Below, in pieces: positions 49,150 through 60,480 of a DNA stretch of 64,000 nucleotides (position 1 is the first letter of the stretch; each line of letters begins with the position of its first letter). This DNA comes from Eledone cirrhosa (lineage: Eukaryota). The stretch is taken from the NCBI GenBank assembly GCA_964016885.1, contig OZ024741.1, positions 10,478,001 through 10,542,000 of the forward strand, given 5' to 3'. Below the pieces are notes generated by a model. That model worked only from the letters and a program-made list of their open reading frames with translations, searched no databases and had not been told where the DNA came from. Position numbers and translations under genes: made by a program.

Positions 49150-51750
49150 GGTGTCGTTGGTGGTGGTGGTGATAGTGGTGATAGTGGTGGTGGTGGTGGT
49201 GTTGGTGTCGTTGGTGGTGGTGGTGATAGTGGTGGAGGTGGTAGTGTTGGTGTTGTTGGTGGTGATAGTGGTGGAGGTGGTGGTGTTGGTGTTGTTGGTG
49301 GTGATAGTGGTGGAGGTGGTGGTGTTGGTGTTGTTGGTGGTGATAGTGGTGGAGGTGGTGGTGTTGGTGTTGTTGGTGGTGGAGGTGATATTGGTGGAGG
49401 TGGTGGTGTTGGTGTTGTTGGTGGTGGAGGTGATAGTGGTGGAGGTGGTTGTGTTGGTGGTAGTGGTGGTGGTTGTGATAGTGGTGGAGGTGGTGGTGTT
49501 CGTGTTGTTGGTGGTGGAGGTGGTGTTGGTGTCGTTGGTGGTTGTGGTAATAGTGGTGGAGGTGGTGGTGTTGGTGTTGTTGGTGGTGGTGGTGATAGTG
49601 GTGGAGGTGGTGGTGCTGGTGTTGTTGGTGGTGGTGGTGATAGTGGTGGAGGGGGTAGTGTCGGTGTTGTTGGTGGTGGTGGTGATAGTGGTGGAGGTGG
49701 TGGTGTTGTTGGTGGTGGTGGTGTTAGTGTTGTTGGTGGTGGTGGTGATAGTGGTGGAGGTGGAGGTGTTGGTGTTGTTGGTGGTGGTGGTGATAGTGGT
49801 GGAGGGGGTATTGTTGGTGTTGTTGGTGGTGGTGGTGATAGTGGTGGAGGGGGTAGTGTTGGTGTTGTTGGTGGTGGTGGTGATAGTGGTGGAGGTGTTG
49901 GTGTTGGTGTTGTTGGTGGTGGTGGTGATAGTGGTGGAGGTGGTGGTGTTGGTGTCGTTGGTGGTGGTGGTGATAGTGGTGGTGGTGGTGGTGTTGGTGT
50001 TGTTGGTGGTGGTGGTGATAGTGGTGGTGGTGGTGGTGATAGTGGTGGAGGTGGTGGTGTAGGTGTCGTTGGTGGTGGTGGTGATAGTGTTGGAGGTGGT
50101 GGTGTTGGTGTTGTTGGTGGTGGTAGTGATAGTGGTGGAGTTGGTGTTGTTGGTGGTGGTGGTGATAGTGGTGGAGGTGGTGGTGTAGGTGTCGTTGGTG
50201 GTGGTGGTGATAGTGGTGGTGGTGGTGGTGTTGGTGTTGTTGGTGGTGGTGGTGATAGTGGTGGTGGTGGTGGTGTTGGTGTCGTTGGTGGTGGTGTTGG
50301 TGTTGGTGTTGTTGGTGGTGGTGGTGATAGTGGTGGTGGTGGTGGTGTTGGTGTCGTTGGTGGCGTTGGTGATAGTGGTGAAGGTGGTGGTGTTGGTGTT
50401 GTTGGTGGTGGTGGTGATAGTGGTGGAGGTGGTGGTGTTGGTGTTGTTGGTGGTGGAGGTGATAGTGGTGGAGGTGGTGGTGTTGGTGTTGTTGGTGGTG
50501 GTGGTGATAGTGGTGGTGGTGGTGGTGTTGGTGTTGTTGGTGGTGGTGGTGATAGTGGTGGTGGTGGTGGTGTTGGTGTTGTTGGTGGTGGTGGTGATAG
50601 TGGTGGTGGTGGTGGTGTTGGTGTTGTTGGTGGTGGTGGTGATAGTGTTGGTAGTGGTGGTGTTGGTGTTGTTGGTGGTGGTGGTGATAGTGGTGGAGGT
50701 GGTGGTGTTGGTGTTGTTGGTGGTGGAGGTGATAGTGGTGGAGGTGGTGGTGTTGGTGTTGTTGGTGGTGGTGGTGATAGTGGTGGTGGTGGTGGTGTTG
50801 GTGTTGTTGGTGGTGGTGGTGATAGTGGTGGTGGTGGTGGTGTTGGTGTCGTTGGTGGTGGTGGTGATAGTGGTGATAGTGGTGGTGGTGGTGGTGTTGG
50901 TGTCGTTGGTGGTGGTGGTGATAGTGGTGGAGGTGGTAGTGTTGGTGTTGTTGGTGGTGATAGTGGTGGAGGTGGTGGTGTTGGTGTTGTTGGTGGTGAT
51001 AGTGGTGGAGGTGGTGGTGTTGGTGTTGTTGGTGGTGATAGTGGTGGAGGTGGTGGTGTTGGTGTTGTTGGTGGTAGAGGTGATATTGGTGGAGGTGGTG
51101 GTGTTGGTGTTGTTGGTGGTGGAGGTTATAGTGGTGGAGGTGGTGGTGTTGGTGGTAGTGGTGGTGGTTGTGATAGTGGTGGAGGTGGTGGTGTTCGTGT
51201 TGTTGGTGGTGGAGGTGGTGTTGGTGTCGTTGGTGGTTGTGGTAATAGTGGTGGAGGTGGTGGTGTTGGTGTTGTTGGTGGTGGTGGTGATATTGGTGGA
51301 GGTGGTGGTGCTGGTGTTGTTGGTGGTGGTGGTGATGGTGGTGGAGGGGGTAGTGTTGGTGTTGTTGGTGGTGGTGGTGATAGTGGTGGAGGTGGTGGTG
51401 TTGTTGGTGGTGGTGGTGATAGTGGTGGCGGGGGTAGTGTTGGTGTTGTTGGTGGTGGTGGTGATAGTGGTGGAGGTGGTGGTGTTAGTGTTGTTGGTGG
51501 TGGTGGTGATAGTGGTGGAGGTGGAGGTGTTGGTGTTGTTGGTGGTGGTGGTGATAGTGGTGGAGGGGGTAGTGTTGGTGTTGTTGGTGGTGGTGGTGAT
51601 AGTGGTGGAGGTGTTGGTGTTGGTGTTGTTGGTGGTGGTGGTGATAGTGGTGGAGGTGGTGGTGTTGGTGTCGTTGGTGGTGGTGGTGATAGTGGTGGTG
51701 GTGGTGGTGTTGGTGTTGTTGGTGGTGGTGGTGATAGTGGTGGTGGTGGT
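49150..51750 (+). repeat. Duplication: ~49150-50040 recurs at ~50845-51750 (offset 1695 bp)
   Basis: GATAGTGGTGATAGT at 49171/50866, and the C of GTTCGT at 49501/51196. Confidence 0.85.
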
Positions 51751-54700
51751 GGTGTTGGTGTCGTTGGTGGTGGTGGTGGTGTTGGTGTTGTTGGTGGTGG
51801 TGGTGATAGTGATGGTGGTGGTGGTGTTGGTGTCGTTGGTGGTGGTGGTGATAGTGGTGGTGGTGGTGGTGTTGGTGTTGTTGGTGGTGTTGGTGATAGT
51901 GGTGGTGGTGGTGGTGTTGGTGTCGTTGGTGGTTGTGGCGATAGTGGTGGAGGTGGTGGTGTTGGTGTCGTTGGTGGTGGTGGTGATAGTGGTGGTGGTG
52001 GTCGTGTTGGTGTCGTTGGTGGCGCTGGTGATAGTGGTGAAGGTGGTGGTGTTGGTGTTGTTGGTGGTGGTGGTGATAGTGGTGGAGGTGGTGGTGTTGG
52101 TGTTGTTGGTGCTGGTGGTGATATTGGTGGAGGTGGTGGTGTTGGTGTTGTTGGTGGTGGTGGTGATAGTGGTGGTGGTGGTGGTGTTGGTGTTGTTGTT
52201 GGTGGTGGTGATAGTGGTGGTGGTGGTGGTGTTGGTGTCGTTGGTGGTGGTGGTGGTGTTGGTGTTGTTGGTGGTGGTGGTGATAGTGGTGGTGGTGGTG
52301 GTGTTGGTGTCGTTGGTGGTGGTGGTGATAGTGGTGGAGGTGGTGGTGTTGGTGTTGTTGGTGGTGATAGTGGTGGAGGTGGTGGTGTTGGTGTTGTTGG
52401 TGGTGGTGGTGATAGTGGTGGAGGTGGTGGTGTTGGTGTCGTTGGTGGTGATAGTGGTCGAGGTGGTGGTGTTGGTGTCGTTGGTGGTTGTGGTAATAGT
52501 GGTGGAGTTGGTGGTGTTGGTGTCGTTGTTGGTGGTGGTGATAGTGGTGGAGGTGGTGGTGTTGGTGTTGTTGGTGGTGGAGGTGATATTGGTGGAGGTG
52601 GTGGTGTTGGTGGTAGTTGTGGTGGTTGTGATAGTGGTGGAGGTGGTGGTGTTCGTGTTGTTGGTGGTGGAGGTGGTGTTGGTGTCGTTGGTGGTTGTGG
52701 TAATAGTGGTGGAGGTGGTGGTGTTGGTGTTGTTGGTGGTGGTGGTGATTGTGGTGGAGGTGGTAGTGTTGGTGTTGTTGGTGGTGGTGGTGATAGTGGT
52801 GGAGGTGGTGGTGTTGGTGTTGTTGGTGGTGGTGGTGATAGTGGTGGAGGAGGTAGTGTTGGTGTTGTTGGTGGTGGTGGTGATAGTGGTGGAGGTGATG
52901 GTGTTGGTGTCGTTGGTGGTGGTGGTGATAGTGGTGGAGGTGGTGGTGTAGGTGTTGTTGGTGGTGGTGGTGATAGTGGTGGAGGTGGTGGTGTTGGTGT
53001 TGTTGGTGGTGATAGTGGTGGAGGTGGTGGAGTTGGTGTCGTTGGTGGTGGTGGTGATAGTGGTGGAGGTAGTGGTGTTGGTGTCGTTGGTGGTGGTGGT
53101 GATAGTGGTGGAGGTGGTGGTGTTGGTGTTGGTGGTGATAGTGGTGGAGGTGGTGGAGTTGGTGGCGTTGGTGGTGGTGGTGATAGTGGTGGAGGTGGTG
53201 GTGTTGGTGTTGTTGGTGGTGGTGGTGAAAGTGGTGGAGATGGTGGAGTTGGTGTTGTTGGTGGTGGTGGTGATAGTGGTGGAGATGGTGGAGTTGGTGT
53301 TGTTGGTGGTGGTGGTGATAGTGGTGGAGGTGGAGGTGTTGGTGTTGTTGGTGGTGGTGGTGATAGTGGTGGAGTTGGTGGTGTTGGTGGTGGTGGTGGT
53401 GTTAGTGGTGGAGGTGGTGGTGTTGGTGTTGTTGGTGGTGGTGGTGATAGTGGTGGAGTTGGTGTTGTTGGTGGTGGTGGTGATAGTGGTGGAGGTGGTG
53501 GTGTTGGTGTTGTTGGTGGTGGTGGTGATAGTGGTGGTGGTGGTGGTGTTGGTGTCGTTGGAGGTGGTGGTCATAGTGGTGGAGGTGGTGGTGTTGGTGG
53601 TGGTGGTGGTGGTGATAGTGGTGGAGGTGGTGGTGTTGGTGTTGTTGGTGGTGGTGGTGATAGTGGTGGTGGTGGTGGTGTTGGTGTCGTTGGTGGTGGT
53701 GGTCATAGTGGTGGAGGTGGTGGTGTTAGTGTTGTTGGTGGTGGTGGTGATAGTGGTGGAGGTGGTGCTGTTGGTGTTGTTGGTGGTGGTGGTGATAGTG
53801 GTGGAGGTGGTGGTGTTGGTGTTGTTGGTGGTGGTGGTGATAGTGGTGGAGGTGGTGGTGTTGGTGTTGTTGGTGGTGGTGGTGATAGTGGTGGAGGTGG
53901 TGGTGTCGGTGTTGTTGGTGGTGGTGGTGATAGTGGTGGAGGTGGTGGTGTTGGTGTTGTTGGTGGTGGTGGTGATAGTTGTGGAGGTGGTGGTGTTGGT
54001 GTCGTTGGCGGTGGTGGTGATAGTGGTGGAGGGGGTAGTGTTGGTGTTGTTGGTGGTGGTGGTGATAGTGGTGGAGGTGGTGGTGTTGGTGTTGTTGGTG
54101 GTGGTGGTGATAGTGGTGGAGGGGGTAGTGTTGGTGTTGTTGGTGGTGGTGGTGATAGTGGTGGAGGTGTTGGTGTTGTTGGTGGTGGTGGTGATAGTGG
54201 TGGAGGTGGAGGTGTTGGTGTTGTTGGTGGTGGTGGTGATAGTGGTGGAGGTTGTGGTGTTGGTATTGTTGGTGGTGGTGGTGATAGTGGTGGAGGTGGT
54301 GGTGTTGGTGTTGTTGGTGGTGGTGGTGATAGTGCTGGAGGTGGTGGTGTTGGTGTTGTTGGTGGTGGTGGTGATAGTGGTTGAGGTCGTTGTGTTGGTG
54401 TTGTTGGTGGTGGTGGTGATAGTGGTGGAGGTGGTGGTGTTGGTGTTGTTGGTGGTGGTGGTGATAGTGGTTCGAGTTGATGGTGTTGGTGTTGTTGGTG
54501 GTGGTGGTGATAGTGGTGGAGGTGGAGGGGTTGGTGTTGTTGGTGGTGGTGGTGATAGTGGTGGAGGTGGTGGTGTTTGTGTTGTTGGTGGTGGTGGTGA
54601 TAGTGGTGGTGGTGGTGGTGTTGGTGTTGTTGGTGGTGGTGGTGATAGTGGTGGAGGTGGAGGGGTTGGTGTTGTTGGTGGTGGTGGTGATAGTGGTGGA

Positions 54701-57700
54701 GGTGGTGGTGTTGGTATTGTTGGTGGTGGTGGTGATAGTGGTGGAGGTGGTGGTGTTGGTGTTGTTGGTGGTGGTGGTGATAGTGGTGGAGGTGGTGGTG
54801 TTGGTGTTGTTGTGGTGGTAGTGATAGTGGTGGAGGTGGTGGTGTTGGTGTCGTTGGGGGTGGAGGTGATAGTGGTGGAGGTGGAGGTGTTGGTGTTGTT
54901 GGTGGTGGTGGTGATAGTGGTGGAGTTGGTGTTGTTGGTGGTGGTGGTGATAGTGGTGGAGGTGGTGGAGTTGGTGTCGTTGGTGGTGGTGGTGATAGTG
55001 GTGGAGGTGGTGGTGTTGGTGTCGTTGCTGGTGGTGGTGATAGTGGTGGAGGGGGTAGTGTTGGTGTCGTTGCTGGTGGTGGTGATAGTGGTGGAGGGGG
55101 TAGTGTTGGTGTCGTTGGTGGTGGTGGTGATAGTGGTGGAGGTGGTGGTGTTGGTGTCGTTGGTGGTGGTGGTGATAGTGGTGGAGGGGGTAGTGTTGGT
55201 ATTGTTGGTGGTGGCGGTGATAGTGGTGGAGGTGGTGGTGTTGGTGTTGTTGGTGGTGGTGGTGATAGTGGTGGAGGTGGTGGTGTTGTTGTCGTTGGTG
55301 GTGGTGGTGATAGTGGTGGAGGGGGTAGTGTTGGTATTGTTGGTGGTGGCGGTGATAGTGGTGGAGGTGGTGGTGTTGGTGTTGTTGGTGGTGGTGGTGA
55401 TAGTGGTGGAGGTGGTGATGTTGGTGTTGTTGTTGGTGGTGGTGGTGGTGTTGGTGTCGTTGGTTGTGATAGTGGTGGAGGTGGTGGTGTTGGTGTTGTT
55501 GTTGGTGGAGGTGGTGGTGTTGTTGTCGTTGGTGGTGGTGGTGATAGTGGTGGAGGGGGTAGTGTTGGTATTGTTGGTGGTGGCGGTGATAGTGGTGGAG
55601 GTGGTGGTGTTGGTGTTGTTGGTGGTGGTGGTGATAGTGGTGGTGGTGGTGGTGTTGGTGTTGTTGGTGGTGGTGGTGATAGTGGTGGTGGTGGTGGTGT
55701 TGGTGTCGTTGGTGGTGGTGGTGATAGTGGTGATAGTGGTGGTGGTGGTGGTGTTGGTGTCGTTGGTGGTGGTGGTGATAGTGGTGGAGGTGGTAGTGTT
55801 GGTGTTGTTGGTGGTGATAGTGGTGGAGGTGGTGGTGTTGGTGTTGTTGGTGGTGATAGTGGTGGAGGTGGTGGTGTTGGTGTTGTTGGTGGTGATAGTG
55901 GTGGAGGTGGTGGTGTTGGTGTTGTTGGTGGTGGAGGTGATATTGGTGGAGGTGGTGGTGTTGGTGTTGTTGGTGGTGGAGGTTATAGTGGTGGAGGTGG
56001 TGGTGTTGGTGGTAGTGGTGGTGGTTGTGATAGTGGTGGAGGTGGTGGTGTTCGTGTTGTTGGTGGTGGAGGTGGTGTTGGTGTCGTTGGTGGTTGTGGT
56101 AATAGTGGTGGAGGTGGTGGTGTTGGTGTTGTTGGTGGTGGTGGTGATATTGGTGGAGGTGGTGGTGCTGGTGTTGTTGGTGGTGGTGGTGATAGTGGTG
56201 GAGGGGGTAGTGTTGGTGTTGTTGGTGGTGGTGGTGATAGTGGTGGAGGTGGTGGTGTTGTTGGTGGTGGTGGTGATAGTGGTGGCGGGGGTAGTGTTGG
56301 TGTTGTTGGTGGTGGTGGTGATAGTGGTGGAGGTGGTGGTGTTAGTGTTGTTGGTGGTGGTGGTGATAGTGGTGGAGGTGGAGGTGTTGGTGTTGTTGGT
56401 GGTGGTGGTGATAGTGGTGGAGGGGGTAGTGTTGGTGTTGTTGGTGGTGGTGGTGATAGTGGTGGAGGTCTTGGTGTTGGTGTTGTTGGTGGTGGTGGTG
56501 ATAGTGGTGGAGGTGGTGGTGTTGGTGTCGTTGGTGGTGGTGGTGATAGTGGTGGTGGTGGTGGTGTTGGTGTTGTTGGTGGTGGTGGTGATAGTGGTGG
56601 TGGTGGTGGTGTTGGTGTCGTTGGTGGTGGTGGTGGTGTTGGTGTTGTTGGTGGTGGTGGTGATAGTGATGGTGGTGGTGGTGTTGGTGTCGTTGGTGGT
56701 GGTGGTGATAGTGGTGGTGGTGGTGGTGTTGGTGTTGTTGGTGGTGTTGGTGATAGTGGTGGTGGTGGTGGTGTTGGTGTCGTTGGTGGTTGTGGCGATA
56801 GTGGTGGAGGTGGTGGTGTTGGTGTCGTTGGTGGTGGTGGTGATAGTGGTGGTGGTGGTCGTGTTGGTGTCGTTGGTGGCGCTGGTGATAGTGGTGAAGG
56901 TGGTGGTGTTGGTGTTGTTGGTGGTGGTGGTGATAGTGGTGGAGGTGGTGGTGTTGGTGTTGTTGGTGCTGGTGGTGATATTGGTGGAGGTGGTGGTGTT
57001 GGTGTTGTTGTTGGTGGTGGTGATAGTGGTGGTGGTGGTGGTGTTGGTGTTGTTGTTGGTGGTGGTGATAGTGGTGGTGGTGGTGGTGTTGGTGTCGTTG
57101 GTGGTGGTGGTGGTGTTGGTGTTGTTGGTGGTGGTGGTGATAGTGGTGGTGGTGGTGGTGTTGGTGTCGTTGGTGGTGGTGGTGATAGTGGTGGAGGTGG
57201 TGGTGTTGGTGTTGTTGGTGGTGATAGTGGTGGAGGTGGTGGTGTTGGTGTTGTTGGTGGTGGTGGTGATAGTGGTGGAGGTGGTGGTGTTGGTGTCGTT
57301 GGTGGTGATAGTGGTCGAGGTGGTGGTGTTGGTGTCGTTGGTGGTTGTGGTAATAGTGGTGGAGTTGGTGGTGTTGGTGTCGTTGTTGGTGGTGGTGATA
57401 GTGGTGGAGGTGGTGGTGTTGGTGTTGTTGGTGGTGGAGGTGATATTGGTGGAGGTGGTGGTGTTGGTGGTAGTTGTGGTGGTTGTGATAGTGGTGGAGG
57501 TGGTGGTGTTCGTGTTGTTGGTGGTGGAGGTGGTGTTGGTGTCGTTGGTGGTTGTGGTAATAGTGGTGGAGGTGGTGGTGTTGGTGTTGTTGGTGGTGGT
57601 GGTGATTGTGGTGGAGGTGGTAGTGTTGGTGTTGTTGGTGGTGGTGGTGATAGTGGTGGAGGTGGTGGTGTTGGTGTTGTTGGTGGTGGTGGTGATAGTG

Positions 57701-60480
57701 GTGGAGGAGGTAGTGTTGGTGTTGTTGGTGGTGGTGGTGATAGTGGTGGAGGTGATGGTGTTGGTGTCGTTGGTGGTGGTGGTGATAGTGGTGGAGGTGG
57801 TGGTGTAGGTGTTGTTGGTGGTGGTGGTGATAGTGGTGGAGGTGGTGGTGTTGGTGTTGTTGGTGGTGATAGTGGTGGAGGTGGTGGAGTTGGTGTCGTT
57901 GGTGGTGGTGGTGATAGTGGTGGAGGTAGTGGTGTTGGTGTCGTTGGTGGTGGTGGTGATAGTGGTGGAGGTGGTGGTGTTGGTGTTGGTGGTGATAGTG
58001 GTGGAGGTGGTGGAGTTGGTGGCGTTGGTGGTGGTGGTGATAGTGGTGGAGGTGGTGGTGTTGGTGTTGTTGGTGGTGGTGGTGAAAGTGGTGGAGATGG
58101 TGGAGTTGGTGTTGTTGGTGGTGGTGGTGATAGTGGTGGAGATGGTGGAGTTGGTGTTGTTGGTGGTGGTGGTGATAGTGGTGGAGGTGGAGGTGTTGGT
58201 GTTGTTGGTGGTGGTGGTGATAGTGGTGGAGGTGGTGGTGTTGGTGGTGGTGGTGGTGTTAGTGGTGGAGGTGGTGGTGTTGGTGTTGTTGGTGGTGGTG
58301 GTGATAGTGGTGGAGTTGGTGTTGTTGGTGGTGGTGGTGATAGTGGTGGAGGTGGTGGTGTTGGTGTTGTTGGTGGTGGTGGTGATAGTGGTGGTGGTGG
58401 TGGTGTTGGTGTCGTTGGAGGTGGTGGTCATAGTGGTGGAGGTGGTGGTGTTGGTGGTGGTGGTGGTGGTGATAGTGGTGGAGGTGGTGGTGTTGGTGTT
58501 GTTGGTGGTGGTGGTGATAGTGGTGGTGGTGGTGGTGTTGGTGTCGTTGGTGGTGGTGGTCATAGTGGTGGAGGTGGTGGTGTTAGTGTTGTTGGTGGTG
58601 GTGGTGATAGTGGTGGAGGTGGTGCTGTTGGTGTTGTTGGTGGTGGTGGTGATAGTGGTGGAGGTGGTGGTGTTGGTGTTGTTGGTGGTGGTGGTGATAG
58701 TGGTGGAGGTGGTGGTGTTGGTGTTGTTGGTGGTGGTGGTGATAGTGGTGGAGGTGGTGGTGTCGGTGTTGTTGGTGGTGGTGGTGATAGTGGTGGAGGT
58801 GGTGGTGTTGGTGTTGTTGGTGGTGGTGGTGATAGTTGTGGAGGTGGTGGTGTTGGTGTCGTTGGCGGTGGTGGTGATAGTGGTGGAGGGGGTAGTGTTG
58901 GTGTTGTTGGTGGTGGTGGTGATAGTGGTGGAGGTGGTGGTGTTGGTGTTGTTGGTGGTGGTGGTGATAGTGGTGGAGGGGGTAGTGTTGGTGTTGTTGG
59001 TGGTGGTGGTGATAGTGGTGGAGGTGTTGGTGTTGTTGGTGGTGGTGGTGATAGTGGTGGAGGTGGAGGTGTTGGTGTTGTTGGTGGTGGTGGTGATAGT
59101 GGTGGAGGTTGTGGTGTTGGTATTGTTGGTGGTGGTGGTGATAGTGGTGGAGGTGGTGGTGTTGGTGTTGTTGGTGGTGGTGGTGATAGTGGTGGAGGTG
59201 GTGGTGTTGGTGTTGTTGGTGGTGGTGGTGCTAGTGGTTGAGGTCGTTGTGTTGGTGTTGTTGGTGGTGGTGGTGATAGTGGTGGAGGTGGTGGTGTTGG
59301 TGTTGTTGGTGGTGGTGGTGATAGTGGTTCGAGTTGATGGTGTTGGTGTTGTTGGTGGTGGTGGTGATAGTGGTGGAGGTGGAGGGGTTGGTGTTGTTGG
59401 TGGTGGTGGTGATAGTGGTGGAGGTGGTGGTGTTTGTGTTGTTGGTGGTGGTGGTGATAGTGGTGGTGGTGGTGGTGTTGGTGTCGTTGGTGGTGGTGGT
59501 GATAGTGGTGGAGGTGGTGATGTTGGTGTTGTTGGTGGTGGTGGTGATAGTGGTGGAGGTGGTGGTGTTGGTATTGTTGGTGGTGGTGGTGATAGTGGTG
59601 GAGGTGGTGGTGTTGGTGTTGTTGGTGGTGGTGGTGATAGTGGTGGAGGTGGTGGTGTTGGTGTTGTTGTGGTGGTAGTGATAGTGGTGGAGGTGGTGGT
59701 GTTGGTGTCGTTGGGGGTGGAGGTGATAGTGGTGGAGGTGGAGGTGTTGGTGTTGTTGGTGGTGGTGGTGATAGTGGTGGAGTTGGTGTTGTTGGTGGTG
59801 GTGGTGATAGTGGTGGAGGTGGTGGAGTTGGTGTCGTTGGTGGTGGTGGTGATAGTGGTGGAGGTGGTGGTGTTGGTGTCGTTGCTGGTGGTGGTGATAG
59901 TGGTGGAGGGGGTAGTGTTGGTGTCGTTGCTGGTGGTGGTGATAGTGGTGGAGGGGGTAGTGTTGGTGTCGTTGGTGGTGGTGGTGATAGTGGTGGAGGT
60001 GGTGGTGTTGGTGTCGTTGGTGGTGGTGGTGATAGTGGTGGAGGGGGTAGTGTTGGTATTGTTGGTGGTGGCGGTGATAGTGGTGGAGGTGGTGGTGTTG
60101 GTGTTGTTGGTGGTGGTGGTGATAGTGGTGGAGGTGGTGGTGTTGTTGTCGTTGGTGGTGGTGGCGATAGTGGTGGAGGGGGTAGTGTTGGTATTGTTGG
60201 TGGTGGCGGTGATAGTGGTGGAGGTGGTGGTGTTGGTGTTGTTGGTGGTGGTGGTGATAGTGGTGGAGGTGGTGATGTTGGTGTTGTTGTTGGTGGTGGT
60301 GGTGGTGTTGGTGTCGTTGGTTGTGATAGTGGTGGAGGTGGTGGTGTTGGTGTTGTTGTTGGTGGAGGTGGTGGTGTTGTTGTCGTTGGTGGTGGTGGTG
60401 ATAGTGGTGGAGGGGGTAGTGTTGGTATTGTTGGTGGTGGCGGTGATAGTGGTGGAGGTGGTGGTGTTGGTGTTGTTGGT
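50731..60480 (+). repeat. Head-to-tail tandem duplication of a 4857-bp unit (50731-55587 / 55588-~60444)
   Basis: Constant offset 4857 at GATAGTGGTGATAGT (50866/55723), GTTCGT (51196/56053 and 52654/57511) and ORF starts (52952/57809, 54477/59334). Only scattered substitutions separate the copies, e.g. 51076 A vs 55933 G and 51613 G vs 56470 C. Confidence 0.93.
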
